DNA of 32,000 bases from Xanthomonas campestris pv. campestris str. ATCC 33913 (GCF_000007145.1 NC_003902.1:1867436-1899435), one strand, 5' to 3'. Shown: positions 1 through 8,642, counted from the stretch's first letter. Made by a program: numbers and translations. Notes: generated from the sequence alone by a model not told the origin.

Positions 1-2
1 TG

Positions 3-752
3 AAGGCGCCTGGCGGAGTGGCGCGTGTGTTTGATGGTGAGAAGATGTGGATGGCACTGGATGAAGTTAGGTCGGCGCTGGAGGAGACTCGGCCGGGTCA
101 AGACATGGAAGGAAAGATCGCCATATTAGGAGCGGGTGGAACTGCGGCAGCTATTCTCGCTTGGCTTGTGCGTAATGGTTGTAAGGATCGAGAAATAATC
201 ATAATTTCGCAGCAGCCTGCTTTCTACACAAGAGGTGATAGCGTATTCGAGAATAGGCTATTCAATGATGAGGACTCCTGGGCATCTCTGCCGCGTGAAT
301 CGCAAATCGAATTTGCCGACCGACTTAATCGAGGAGTGGTTTGGTCAACAGTGATGGACCAGGTGTCTGTAGCGCGCGGGGTGAAATTTGTATTCGGCAA
401 GGCTGAGGAGGTTCTTGAGCGAGATGGTTCTTTGTTCGTAAATGTCGCAAGGTCGGACGGCCCGCCCATTGATGTTCCAGCAAACATAGTATTTGATGCC
501 GTCGGCTTCAATGGCGTTTGGTGGCTGGATTTAATAGAGGACGATGAGATTCGTGCCGCTAACGGTAATGAATTAAAAAAGCTCCTGCAGGCTTCAATAC
601 TCCCTAGTCTTATGCTTGACGGTCCTGACTGGAAGTTGCCCCCTCTCTACGCTCCAATGCTTGCGAGCACTATCGGACCTGGATTTCAGAGCTTGATGTC
701 ACTTGGAGGCCTAGCCCATAGGATCTTAGAGGGTCATTTGACAGAGCTGTAG
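3..752 (+). CDS. FAD/NAD(P)-binding oxidoreductase-like protein; 5' end probably outside the window
   Basis: The frame stays open from nt 3 to the GTG at 18, so the gene likely starts upstream. It has a Rossmann dinucleotide-binding motif (KIAILGAGGTAAAILAWL). GC is lower than the window average. Confidence 0.5.
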   Translation, partial: KAPGGVARVFDGEKMWMALDEVRSALEETRPGQDMEGKIAILGAGGTAAAILAWLVRNGCKDREIIIISQQPAFYTRGDSVFENRLFNDEDSWASLPRESQIEFADRLNRGVVWSTVMDQVSVARGVKFVFGKAEEVLERDGSLFVNVARSDGPPIDVPANIVFDAVGFNGVWWLDLIEDDEIRAANGNELKKLLQASILPSLMLDGPDWKLPPLYAPMLASTIGPGFQSLMSLGGLAHRILEGHLTEL

Positions 753-771
753 TTGAAGCGTATACATATGT

Positions 772-1257
772 ATGGGTCTTTCAATGGGGTGGTATATGTC
801 AAGTAGTGGATCAGTGGTAGATAAAAATATGGTGCTGCGTACGATATACATTAACCCTGCTTTGGATGATTGGCTTAAGCAGGAGGCATTCTCGTCTAGA
901 ACAAGCAAGAACGATTTGCTGCGCCAGTATATTGAGATGGGAATACTGGCGGCAGCACAGACGGATGCTTCTAGCCCGAGGAAGTATGCTGAGGTATTGG
1001 ATATAGTTAAGGATTCTAACGCTGCTAAAGTGCTCGCAAAGCTAACTAAGCAAGTGGCTACTTCAAAGAAGTCTGGTCAGTCCGCGACTAAAATTTTACA
1101 TTATACCGGTGGCTATACGGCTTCCGTATTTGGCGGCGCAAAGAGGGCGGCGGTAAAAAAGGCAACGGCAAAAAAGGCTGTTAAAAGAGTTGCCAAGAAA
1201 GCTGTAAAGAAGGTTGCTGCAAAGAGGGCAGGCGCGCGCAGGGCTGCAACTGCTTAA
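772..1257 (+). CDS. Ribbon-helix-helix-like DNA-binding protein with a histone-H1-like Lys/Ala-rich tail
   Basis: The N-terminal segment VLRTIYINPALDDWLKQEAFSSRTSKNDLLRQYIEMGI looks like a CopG/Arc-type RHH. The C-terminus AKRAAVKKATAKKAVKRVAKKAVKKVAAKRAGARRAA is an AKK-type repeat tail. The true start is uncertain; ATG 796 or 829 is as plausible as 772. Confidence 0.6.
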   Translation: MGLSMGWYMSSSGSVVDKNMVLRTIYINPALDDWLKQEAFSSRTSKNDLLRQYIEMGILAAAQTDASSPRKYAEVLDIVKDSNAAKVLAKLTKQVATSKKSGQSATKILHYTGGYTASVFGGAKRAAVKKATAKKAVKRVAKKAVKKVAAKRAGARRAATA

Positions 1258-1262
1258 TTAAT

Positions 1263-1469
1263 TTAATACTGGGCGGCTCGTGGTGACACAGGTCTCTCGT
1301 GACATGCCCACGTCCGCGTCCAAAAATAATGTGAGAGAGCTCTCAAGCTGGCGCCGTCAGACTGGACCGGCCCGATGACAAATCCGAAACGTCCAAAAAA
1401 GAGCGGGGCGCCCGATGACCACCAGAAGAGCCGGTGCCGAGGCGTCACGGGCATGCGGACTAGCGGCAA
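1263..1469 (-). pseudogene. Short diverged copy (first TM segment only) of the membrane-protein gene at 5457-5837
   Basis: PRHRLFWWSSGAPLFFGRFGFVIGP aligns with PHNRFFWWFSLSLLFLGPFGFIVGP of the 126-aa protein. The nucleotide sequences 1370-1450 and 5655-5745 are recognisably homologous. The second hydrophobic half is missing. Confidence 0.4.
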
Positions 1470-1514
1470 TGAGGGGGCTCCTTTTGCCGGACAGCTGGCC
1501 CAGGTGCCGCGCCG

Positions 1515-3479
1515 CTACACTTCGGACTCAGGCGGGGCGGTCACGGAATCATCAGCCCAGTCCATTGGCACTAGCGCCTTCCCGTTTCGCCAGCGCTCCA
1601 CGACTAGATCCTGATACCACGGCTCCTGAATGTCTGCGTGTTCCGTGATGATGACCTGCATGCGTGGAGACAGGTCCTGGACGACGTTAACAATCAGCCG
1701 GAAGATGCGAATCACGGCCAGGCGATCCTCATCCTCCTCGCCCACTTGGTTGACATCACGACCTTTTTCCGCCGGGAAGTAGACCTGTGACGGCTGGTCT
1801 AGGATCAGGAACCGCGGCACAGGACGTTCCCTGCGAACGAAAAATTCGTGTAAGGCAAGGAAGGCGATAAGATGGCAGCCGAGCCAAGTCTCACCGCTAC
1901 CCATTCGGCTCATGGGCACGGCACCGTCTTCCGTGTCGGCGACGACGATGAGCTTCTTCGGCTCAAGCCGGAAGGGGATTCCGGCGTGCTCCAGTTCTAA
2001 GAACGTCGCCCAGCGGGTCATCAGCGCTGCCACCCGGCTCATGGCCGAGGCGATACGCTCGCGAACGCTTTCGTCGCTGAGCTGCAACTCCAGTTCACTA
2101 ATCTGCCCAGAGAGAGCCTCGATAGTCTGGCGGAGCTGTTCGTTGTCTTTAGCGGTCGGGAGCGATTCCAATGTGAGGCTGATCCTACCCAACACATGTG
2201 CACGGCGAGAGGTGACCTCCCGCATCGACTGAAGCCGGGAGTCGGAGGCGCGCACGGCTTCAAGCGCAGCCCAGTTGCTTTTTAGAGATTCCTTGATGCC
2301 ATCGAGTTCCTTGCCTTTCTCCGAAATCAACGTGTCCAGACCCGGGGTGTGTCGACGGACGTTCTGGAGCTGTGTCCTCAATGACACGAGTTCTGCGCGC
2401 AGGTCCTTGGCAGATGGGACTGTCTCCGTCAGGGCATGGCTGCAAAGCGGACAGGTATGCTCGTCCTCATCGATGAGAATGATGCTCTCCAGTCGAGATA
2501 CCTGTTCCGCAGATTCTTTGGCGAAATTGCTGCCGTCCGTGCGCAGGCCCGACATTGACTGCAACTCATCGTTGACCAGATGAAGGCGGACACGCAACTC
2601 GGATCTCGTTGCAGTGAGCTGACTTAAGGCCAGTTGGTCAACCTCGGTCTCCGCGCGTGCGAGCTGGTCTTCAAACGGCGCAGTGGAAGCGACGCGCAAG
2701 GATTCCAGCATGTCCTGATAGCTTGCCCCTGAAGAGTCCGCGTCAATAAGTCCGGCCGACTTGGCTTCAGCTACCAGACCGTCGATTCGAGCCTCGCTGC
2801 TCAGCGACAGCGATCGGGAAAGTTCGGACTCCCTTAGTCGAAGCTCACGGCGCAGGGAGCGAAGTTTGGCCGATAGCTCCACGTGGTCGTGGTCCATCGC
2901 ACCAATAAAATAGGAAAACGTGTCCTTGATCCCCTGAGCGACGAAGTGATCGCCTTGCCCGTGGAACAGAAACCCAGGTTGGGAAATTTCCGTTTGCTTC
3001 TGGAAAACGTAGGCCAAAGCATGTCGGATGCTGGCCGACAGTGGGGCCCTAGTATGGCCCTCCGGCGGCACGTGTCGATGGGAGCCGATTCCAGTTGCCA
3101 GCTCGATACGTGCCATGACAGCGTCGATGTTGGTCGTAACCGACAGTTGTTCATAGCTGGGAACTGCGAGGATGCTGCCGGTAATGTAATAGGCGTCCCC
3201 GGTTGTCGTTTTCCCCTTGTCAGGCGCACGACGTGCCACGAAGTGTTCCTCCGTGCCATCGGTCAGTCGAAGACCATACCAGTGGATGGTTTTGGCCATT
3301 ATGCCGTGGGGTATTTCGCACGTCCCGCTGCCCAAACAATAATCGACGATGGTGATTAGCGACGATTTTCCTGTGCCGGACTCGCCGGTGATAATGTTCA
3401 CCTGACCTGGCTTCAGCGAAATGATTCGAGGTTTTCGGCCTGCATGGTAGATAACGATGTCGAGGATCTGGATGCTCAT
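1515..3479 (-). CDS. lmuB: Lamassu LmuB-like ABC/SMC-type ATPase (DUF3732-type; ABC-3C ATPase component)
   Basis: Walker A is GESGTGKSS. A long coiled-coil insert carries a central CPLC hook-like motif (nt 2440-2476). There is a GSGETW signature-like loop and a Walker B FLILDQPSQVYFP. ATG 3479 forms an ATGA overlap with the upstream gene's stop. Confidence 0.8.
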   Translation of the reverse strand: MSIQILDIVIYHAGRKPRIISLKPGQVNIITGESGTGKSSLITIVDYCLGSGTCEIPHGIMAKTIHWYGLRLTDGTEEHFVARRAPDKGKTTTGDAYYITGSILAVPSYEQLSVTTNIDAVMARIELATGIGSHRHVPPEGHTRAPLSASIRHALAYVFQKQTEISQPGFLFHGQGDHFVAQGIKDTFSYFIGAMDHDHVELSAKLRSLRRELRLRESELSRSLSLSSEARIDGLVAEAKSAGLIDADSSGASYQDMLESLRVASTAPFEDQLARAETEVDQLALSQLTATRSELRVRLHLVNDELQSMSGLRTDGSNFAKESAEQVSRLESIILIDEDEHTCPLCSHALTETVPSAKDLRAELVSLRTQLQNVRRHTPGLDTLISEKGKELDGIKESLKSNWAALEAVRASDSRLQSMREVTSRRAHVLGRISLTLESLPTAKDNEQLRQTIEALSGQISELELQLSDESVRERIASAMSRVAALMTRWATFLELEHAGIPFRLEPKKLIVVADTEDGAVPMSRMGSGETWLGCHLIAFLALHEFFVRRERPVPRFLILDQPSQVYFPAEKGRDVNQVGEEDEDRLAVIRIFRLIVNVVQDLSPRMQVIITEHADIQEPWYQDLVVERWRNGKALVPMDWADDSVTAPPESEV

Positions 3480-4006
3480 GGTCGCACGCCCCACAGGGCC
3501 ATAACGGTGGTGTAATCGCCAGCGGCCGCGAACCAGCGACCAGTGAAGTGGGCTTTCTGTATGCAGTCGGCCACTTCAGGTGTGGCGAAGTCGCGATAAT
3601 ACTTGTTGATCTTGCGCACATTTAATTCTGGAACAAGCCTATGCCCATCCATAGAAATCATTCTGCTCGACGCTGCGACCGCAATTGACTGCCGGACAAG
3701 TGGAGCGATGGCCTTAGCCCGATCGGCAAATCCAACCAAGGCAGATGGATGGACGCTCAGCCAAGCTGCCAAGCTAGTGCTGATGGCTCGGGGAAGGGCT
3801 TCACGCGTCACTTTTTGTAAGACCGTCGGCAAAGCAACAAATGCCAATGCATAGGGGAGACCGCTGCCGTCGCTTTCTTCTTCGTATCCTTTTGCGGCAC
3901 TGTAGATCAATGCTCCCAAGAACGCAGGGTTGAGTAGGCGGACTTGTTCCTGCGGCTGACGACGCCATAGAGGCTCAATGAGCCTCGGTTCACGGTGGAC
4001 GGTCAT
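3476..4006 (-). CDS. lmuC: Lamassu LmuC-like / ABC-3C middle component
   Basis: This 176-aa protein is sandwiched between the nuclease and ATPase genes and translationally coupled to both by ATGA overlaps at 4003-4006 and 3476-3479. Its size and position match middle components. I recognise no independent motif. Confidence 0.6.
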   Translation of the reverse strand: MTVHREPRLIEPLWRRQPQEQVRLLNPAFLGALIYSAAKGYEEESDGSGLPYALAFVALPTVLQKVTREALPRAISTSLAAWLSVHPSALVGFADRAKAIAPLVRQSIAVAASSRMISMDGHRLVPELNVRKINKYYRDFATPEVADCIQKAHFTGRWFAAAGDYTTVMALWGVRP

Positions 4007-5217
4007 GCCGCGACTCCTGGAATTGCGAGGAGGTGTCGGAGTCTGGCTTCAAATTCTGGGTGCCAGCCAATGCGCAACTCATTGGCCATCATGTGCAAGG
4101 ATCCGCGACAGATGCTGGGGTGGTCGACGTTCTTCCGGATAGGAAGGCACGCGGATTCCACCCACTTGAAAACCGCGCGTGCCATTTTTTGTTGCTCTTC
4201 CTCTGCTGCCCCAGGGCCAAGATCGTCCAGTGCCTGGGCAAACGAAATTTCCCATTCTTCGTGGAGCGTGCGCTCGTATTTTTCTAAGTCACCCACCAGT
4301 ATCAAGTGCTCCCGCACCCAGCGAGACCGCTGCTCAAAGGCCCGGTAGTAGTCTCTGACCGCAGCAAGAACACGCGAGTGGTGAGCCCCTGTCAACCTTG
4401 CTTGGTGCACAAACAACTCGCTCTCGTAGCTGGAAATCTCTACCTCATGCTCAAATATGTCGTCATCGACGGGTAGAGCGCTGACCAGTTGGTGACGAAG
4501 GTCGTCCATCTGCGCCTGCAGGGCAGAGCAGCGCAACGGCTCTTTGGATTTCCCAACCAAGTGCCTCAAGCATTGAGTGAACCACCATCCCTCCAAGCGA
4601 CTGACGAAAGACTCCACATGATCCCGTCGAACAGTGAAGCGGACCTCGTGTCGAATGTCCTCACCCACCTGTTCAATGTTGGGTTGATTGGGCGCAATGA
4701 CGACGGAGGCAACGAGAGCCTTTTGTTCTTCTGAACTCAATGCTTTGAAAGCGGTGTAAGCGGCGGCGTTTTCAACGTTTACCGATGTTTGTGCAACGTT
4801 TCGCAGGGCCGTGAGCGCAGCATCCTCATCGCGATTCATTGCTAGAAGCTTGCTGGCAATCGAACCCTTGCCCACCATTTGTGTAGTGATGAGCACCAAG
4901 CGATCAAGTGGCGTGACGGTCCCAGACTTCCTCCCTTCGATCCATACGCGCAGCGACTTCCAGATGTCCGGAGAGGCATCGGTAAGATTCGCTTGCGCGT
5001 TGGAGTGGTGCTTGAGCTGAAAAAGCTCAAGAGGCGTCCCGGTCTTTTCAAAGACGACGTCGTCCAGCGTCTCCAAGAAGATCGAGAAATCGTCGTCGTC
5101 TGCGGGGTTGATGCGGCGCAAGGCGGTCAGAAGCGCCATGCGGATCTGATAGAGGTATCCCAGCGCTGAGTCGCCAGCGCCAAACGCAGTGTTCGTCCCT
5201 GCAGTCGACCCCGTCAT
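4003..5217 (-). CDS. lmuA: Lamassu LmuA-like effector with N-terminal Cap4/DUF4297-type PD-(D/E)xK nuclease domain
   Basis: The N-terminal motifs GYLYQIRMAL, FLETLDDVVFE and LFQLKHH match the Cap4-type dsDNA nuclease pattern. It is the first gene of a three-gene coupled operon. Confidence 0.75.
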   Translation of the reverse strand: MTGSTAGTNTAFGAGDSALGYLYQIRMALLTALRRINPADDDDFSIFLETLDDVVFEKTGTPLELFQLKHHSNAQANLTDASPDIWKSLRVWIEGRKSGTVTPLDRLVLITTQMVGKGSIASKLLAMNRDEDAALTALRNVAQTSVNVENAAAYTAFKALSSEEQKALVASVVIAPNQPNIEQVGEDIRHEVRFTVRRDHVESFVSRLEGWWFTQCLRHLVGKSKEPLRCSALQAQMDDLRHQLVSALPVDDDIFEHEVEISSYESELFVHQARLTGAHHSRVLAAVRDYYRAFEQRSRWVREHLILVGDLEKYERTLHEEWEISFAQALDDLGPGAAEEEQQKMARAVFKWVESACLPIRKNVDHPSICRGSLHMMANELRIGWHPEFEARLRHLLAIPGVAA

Positions 5218-5403
5218 CGGTCCCCCATTCCTTGGCTATTAATTACGTCCTGCCAGTCTGAGCGACAGAGCGTGGATCGCATCCTCGCACGAATGTGACA
5301 TGGGGCCAACGCTGGAGCGAAAGGAGGATTGTCCGGCTAATTGGGGATAGCTTCTTGAGGAGCGGCGGCCTCAACAGCGACGCAATACCGGCAATCCATG
5401 GAG

Positions 5404-5436
5404 CAAAAAGAAAGCCCGGAGTGCCGCGCTTTCTTG
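5404..5436 (-). terminator. Putative rho-independent terminator after the 5457-5837 gene
   Basis: An AAGAAAGC/GCTTTCTT stem (5408-5415 and 5428-5435) with an inner CGG/CCG pairing is followed on the minus strand by a T-rich run. It separates the envelope operon from the Lamassu promoter region. Confidence 0.4.
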
Positions 5437-5456
5437 ATGCAGATGCCCCATTGGGA

Positions 5457-5837
5457 TCAGCGGGTCAGCTGAAGCCACAACACCAGCAGCACCATGGGGA
5501 GTCCGCTGAGCACCGAGCTGCCCCAGAAAGCCCCCATCACGGTCAGCGGGGTCATCACCCACCACTGCCACCAGCTGAAGCCACGATCGCGCTGGCGGGC
5601 CATGTGAGCCTCGAAAGCGTAGAGGCGCTCTGCTTTTCGCAAACCTCGCCGAGCCATGAGCGGCCCAACGATAAAGCCGAATGGGCCCAAGAAGAGCAGG
5701 CTGAGCGAGAACCACCAGAAGAATCGGTTGTGCGGGGTGGTCACCTTTTTAGGGGCAGCGCGCATGACGACGTCTTCGCGGAAGCCGCCCACAGCGCCGG
5801 CTGAAGTTCCCACCATCGAATCGGGTTGGGTTTTCAT
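5457..5837 (-). CDS. Small integral membrane protein (two hydrophobic segments)
   Basis: Hydrophobic segments are FFWWFSLSLLFLGPFGFIVGPL and WWVMTPLTVMGAFWGSSVLSGLPMVLLVLWL. It overlaps the upstream lipoprotein gene by 4 bp (5834-5837). Confidence 0.6.
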   Translation of the reverse strand: MKTQPDSMVGTSAGAVGGFREDVVMRAAPKKVTTPHNRFFWWFSLSLLFLGPFGFIVGPLMARRGLRKAERLYAFEAHMARQRDRGFSWWQWWVMTPLTVMGAFWGSSVLSGLPMVLLVLWLQLTR

Positions 5838-6148
5838 TTGGCGTAGGCCCTCCAGGTGCCGTCGCTCTTGGCGTAGCGCAGGTTCTTGCTCACGGGGATG
5901 GGCACTTGCCGGCCTCCGATGTCGATCGCCACCTTGCCCCTCGTGTCGCAGCGATAGCCGTCGACGCCCTCCGCCTCAACGCAGCCGGTGAGCTCGAAAT
6001 TCTGAACGTCGGTGACTTGGCCGGCGCCGCTGTCTTGAAGCAACCGGACAAAGGCCTCTTTGGCATTGTCAGACGAAGGCTTGCCGCCGCAGGCGGTCAG
6101 GCCCAGGGCCATGGTCAACGCGACCAGGCCGATCCTTGCGTGTTTCAT
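5834..6148 (-). CDS. Small lipoprotein
   Basis: The signal peptide has a lipobox (MKHARIGLVALTMALGLTAC-GG). It is coupled to the downstream membrane-protein gene. Confidence 0.7.
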   Translation of the reverse strand: MKHARIGLVALTMALGLTACGGKPSSDNAKEAFVRLLQDSGAGQVTDVQNFELTGCVEAEGVDGYRCDTRGKVAIDIGGRQVPIPVSKNLRYAKSDGTWRAYAK

Positions 6149-6193
6149 GTCTGTCCTTTGAGAGCGAGAGGGATTGGGAAGTAGGAGGCCGGG

Positions 6194-6955
6194 TTACTTG
6201 TCGCGGTTCCCGTCGGGCTTGAACCCCGCTATCCACATCCGTGTGTCCTTGAAGGGCGTCAGCAAGCCGCTGGGTCCTGGGTGCAGGTCGGCGATCTGGA
6301 TAAAGCCGGCTACCCAAGCGATGCGCAGCGACACGTCCACGGCCCGGTCAGCGACGCCAGGCCGGCTCACATTGACCACGAACGGCTGAGCCGGCGGGTT
6401 GGGGCCCGTAGACCGCTGAGCGCCCGTGTTGGGCTTGCTGGGCGGCACGCGAATGCCGTTGAGGACATCCCGGCCTTTCCAAAGAGCCGACGTGTTGAGC
6501 TCGGCCGTCTCACCCAGGTCATCGGTCTCCGTTACGGCGGCATCGAAGCAGGTCCGGAAGGTCTCGACGCTCGACACGTTCGGGCTGGTCCAGATGCGCG
6601 CTTCAGCCGTCCAGCAGGGCAGGGATGCACCCCACTCGGTAAAGGTCAACGCGACTCGGGGCCAGTCCAACTTCCCGAGCTGGGCCTGCTGGTGGTTGTC
6701 AGTCTTGAAGAGGTTGGGCAGCCTTCCGGCGCCGCTGGTGGGCGCGTAGATCGAGCCAGTTCCCTGGCTGCCGGCCTTGGTGCCGGCGTTCGGCTTGAGG
6801 CCGACCATCTGCTTGCCCGTGTCGGCCAAGCCCTTGCCGAGCTGACGAAAGAAGCCGGTCTTTTGTTCCGGCACGTCTTGAGCGTGGGCAGTGAACGGCG
6901 AGATGAGCGTCAACGCCAAGAGCGCAGCGAACGCTCCTTGTCCTGTGTGCTTCAT
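6194..6955 (-). CDS. Secreted protein of unknown function
   Basis: Starting at ATG 6955 gives MKHTGQGAFAALLALTLISPFTAHA-QD, a typical Sec signal peptide, with an AGGGG Shine-Dalgarno about 9 nt upstream. The annotated longer ORF (to 6991) adds an unlikely extension. Confidence 0.65.
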   Translation of the reverse strand: MKHTGQGAFAALLALTLISPFTAHAQDVPEQKTGFFRQLGKGLADTGKQMVGLKPNAGTKAGSQGTGSIYAPTSGAGRLPNLFKTDNHQQAQLGKLDWPRVALTFTEWGASLPCWTAEARIWTSPNVSSVETFRTCFDAAVTETDDLGETAELNTSALWKGRDVLNGIRVPPSKPNTGAQRSTGPNPPAQPFVVNVSRPGVADRAVDVSLRIAWVAGFIQIADLHPGPSGLLTPFKDTRMWIAGFKPDGNRDK

Positions 6956-7066
6956 ACGAAAAGCCCCTGTAGACCGCCGGTCTGGCAGCATTTACGATAA
7001 TCGCAGATGAGTCGCCCGCTTCCAAGCGGCACACTGAGGAAATTCAGCTTTCGTGCAATCTTCTCG

Positions 7067-7408
7067 ATGCCCAAACCTAAGACACCGGCCACGGTCTATG
7101 GCACGCGTCTGCGCCATGCGCGGATGGCCATGGGCTGGACACAAGCCGAGCTGGCGGAGCGCATTGGGATGGTGGACTCGGTGTCGGGAGCCACGCGCGT
7201 GAGCCGCTACGAGACGGGGCAACATGACCCGGACCCTGCGACGGCTGAGGCACTAGCGAAGGCGTTGAAGCTGCCTGTGGCCTATTTCCACGCAACGTCA
7301 GACGTGCTGGCCGACATCATCTTGATTGTGTCGCGGTTGCCCGTCGCGAAGCAGAAGGAGGCCTTGGAGCGACTCAAGGATCTTGCAGGCAAGCACTCCG
7401 GCGAATAA
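7067..7408 (+). CDS. XRE/Cro-C1 family helix-turn-helix transcriptional regulator
   Basis: YGTRLRHARMAMGWTQAELAERIGM...VSRYETGQHDPDPATAEALAKALKLPVAYF is a canonical XRE HTH. The start is uncertain (7007 or 7067). It is divergent from the envelope operon and upstream of the CHAT-like gene. Confidence 0.75.
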   Translation: MPKPKTPATVYGTRLRHARMAMGWTQAELAERIGMVDSVSGATRVSRYETGQHDPDPATAEALAKALKLPVAYFHATSDVLADIILIVSRLPVAKQKEALERLKDLAGKHSGE

Positions 7409-7568
7409 CGGAGATAGTTGAGCCTGTGATGACCGATGCTTGGCCGAATCTCAGGCAATGAGATAGTCCAAGCCTAGGATTAGGAATAAGGGATATTGCC
7501 GCACCGGACACCAACGGGTGTTCCGACTTGGTGCGAGCACTGCCTCTAACCTGCATCGAGGAAATCCA

Positions 7569-8642
7569 ATGTCAGTCGACCAGCGCCGTAGGGATGTCGA
7601 AAGACATCAAAAGGAAATAGCCCGGCTCCAGACCGAAAAATCTCGAGAAGAGACCAAGGCCGTTGGGGAGAAGAAGAAGGCGTTCGATGCGTCGGCGGCC
7701 GCAACTCGGACAAAGTCTGTTTCCACACAGCAGTCGAAGCTGCGCGAGGCCCAGCGCTACGAAGGCAATGCCGTCGCAATTCAAAAGAAGATAGCTGACC
7801 TTGAGACGAAGATAGCCCGGGAGCATGAGCGATTAGGAAATGCCAACCGGCAGCTTTCCGCAGCGCAAGTTCAGGAGCAAAAGAAGCAAGTCCAGGAGGA
7901 CAAGAAAAGAGATGCTGAGCGTAAGCGGGCAATGGCCGCGAGCGCGCAAGAGCTCTCTAGGGTCCAAGGCCGTCTTACGCACCACGACCATTTACACCGA
8001 AGCACTGAGGCTACTTTGCAGCGGTTACAGGAGTTGCCAGAGCTGTTAACGGTGCTGTTCCTGGCCTCCAATCCCATTGACCAACAGCAGCTTCGGCTTG
8101 ACGAGGAGGCCAGGTCCATCCACGAAATGGTGCGGAAGTCCGAACACCGTGATGTGGTGAAATTGGAGTCCAGGTGGGCGGTCCAGCCGTTGGACGTGCT
8201 TCAGGCCATCAACGAATGCAGGCCGGGCGTTGTGCACTTCAGCGGTCATGGATCGGAAGAAGATGACATCTTGTTCCAAGACAGCGTTGGCCGGTCCAAG
8301 CTGGTCAGTAAGGAAGCCATCGTGCAAACGATGATGGCGGGGTCTGGCGATATCCAGCTTGTCTTCTTCAACACTTGTTTTTCCCATGGCCAAGCCGCTG
8401 CGATCGTGGAGCATGTGCCCTGCGCGATTGGGATGAATACGTCCATCGGCGATCAGGCCGCTCGCGTTTTCGCCGCCCAGTTTTATTCGGCGGTAGGGTT
8501 TGGGCTATCGGTAGCGGGGGCGTTTGAGCAGGCTAGGGCGGCCCTGATGCTTGAATGGATTCCTGAGGCGCATACGCCCGAACTCTTCGCTGGGCCCGGA
8601 GTGGATCCATCCCAAGTGTTTCTGGTCAGGCCCCCGGGTTAA
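7569..8642 (+). CDS. Coiled-coil protein with a C-terminal minimal CHAT/caspase-like domain
   Basis: A GAGGAAA Shine-Dalgarno sits 6 nt before ATG 7569. The N-terminal ~170 aa are K/E/Q-rich heptads. The C-terminal LFLASNPIDQQQLRLDEEARSI...VVHFSGHG...LVFFNTCFS...IGMNTSIGDQAA shows the His/Cys dyad pattern of CHAT-type peptidases. Confidence 0.7.
   Translation: MSVDQRRRDVERHQKEIARLQTEKSREETKAVGEKKKAFDASAAATRTKSVSTQQSKLREAQRYEGNAVAIQKKIADLETKIAREHERLGNANRQLSAAQVQEQKKQVQEDKKRDAERKRAMAASAQELSRVQGRLTHHDHLHRSTEATLQRLQELPELLTVLFLASNPIDQQQLRLDEEARSIHEMVRKSEHRDVVKLESRWAVQPLDVLQAINECRPGVVHFSGHGSEEDDILFQDSVGRSKLVSKEAIVQTMMAGSGDIQLVFFNTCFSHGQAAAIVEHVPCAIGMNTSIGDQAARVFAAQFYSAVGFGLSVAGAFEQARAALMLEWIPEAHTPELFAGPGVDPSQVFLVRPPG

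Noticed and set aside
1375-1648. Plus-strand ORFs 1375-1614 and 1415-1648
   Set aside because: They overlap the 3' end of lmuB and the membrane-protein stub. They are Arg/Ala/Ser-rich and have no Shine-Dalgarno.
4003-5217. Cap4-like nuclease domain as evidence for a CBASS system
   Set aside because: The window has no CD-NTase and no SAVED or other cyclic-nucleotide sensor. The gene is coupled to a middle component and a DUF3732-type ATPase, which is the Lamassu/ABC-3C context.
5295-5804. 169-aa plus-strand ORF spanning the Lamassu promoter region and the membrane-protein gene
   Set aside because: It overlaps the minus-strand membrane-protein gene, which is coupled to the lipoprotein gene and followed by a terminator. 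Its His/Pro/Arg-rich composition is unconvincing.
6281-7000. 239-aa plus-strand ORF
   Set aside because: It is antisense to the secreted-protein gene, which has a proper signal peptide and Shine-Dalgarno. Its composition is Arg/Gly-rich.
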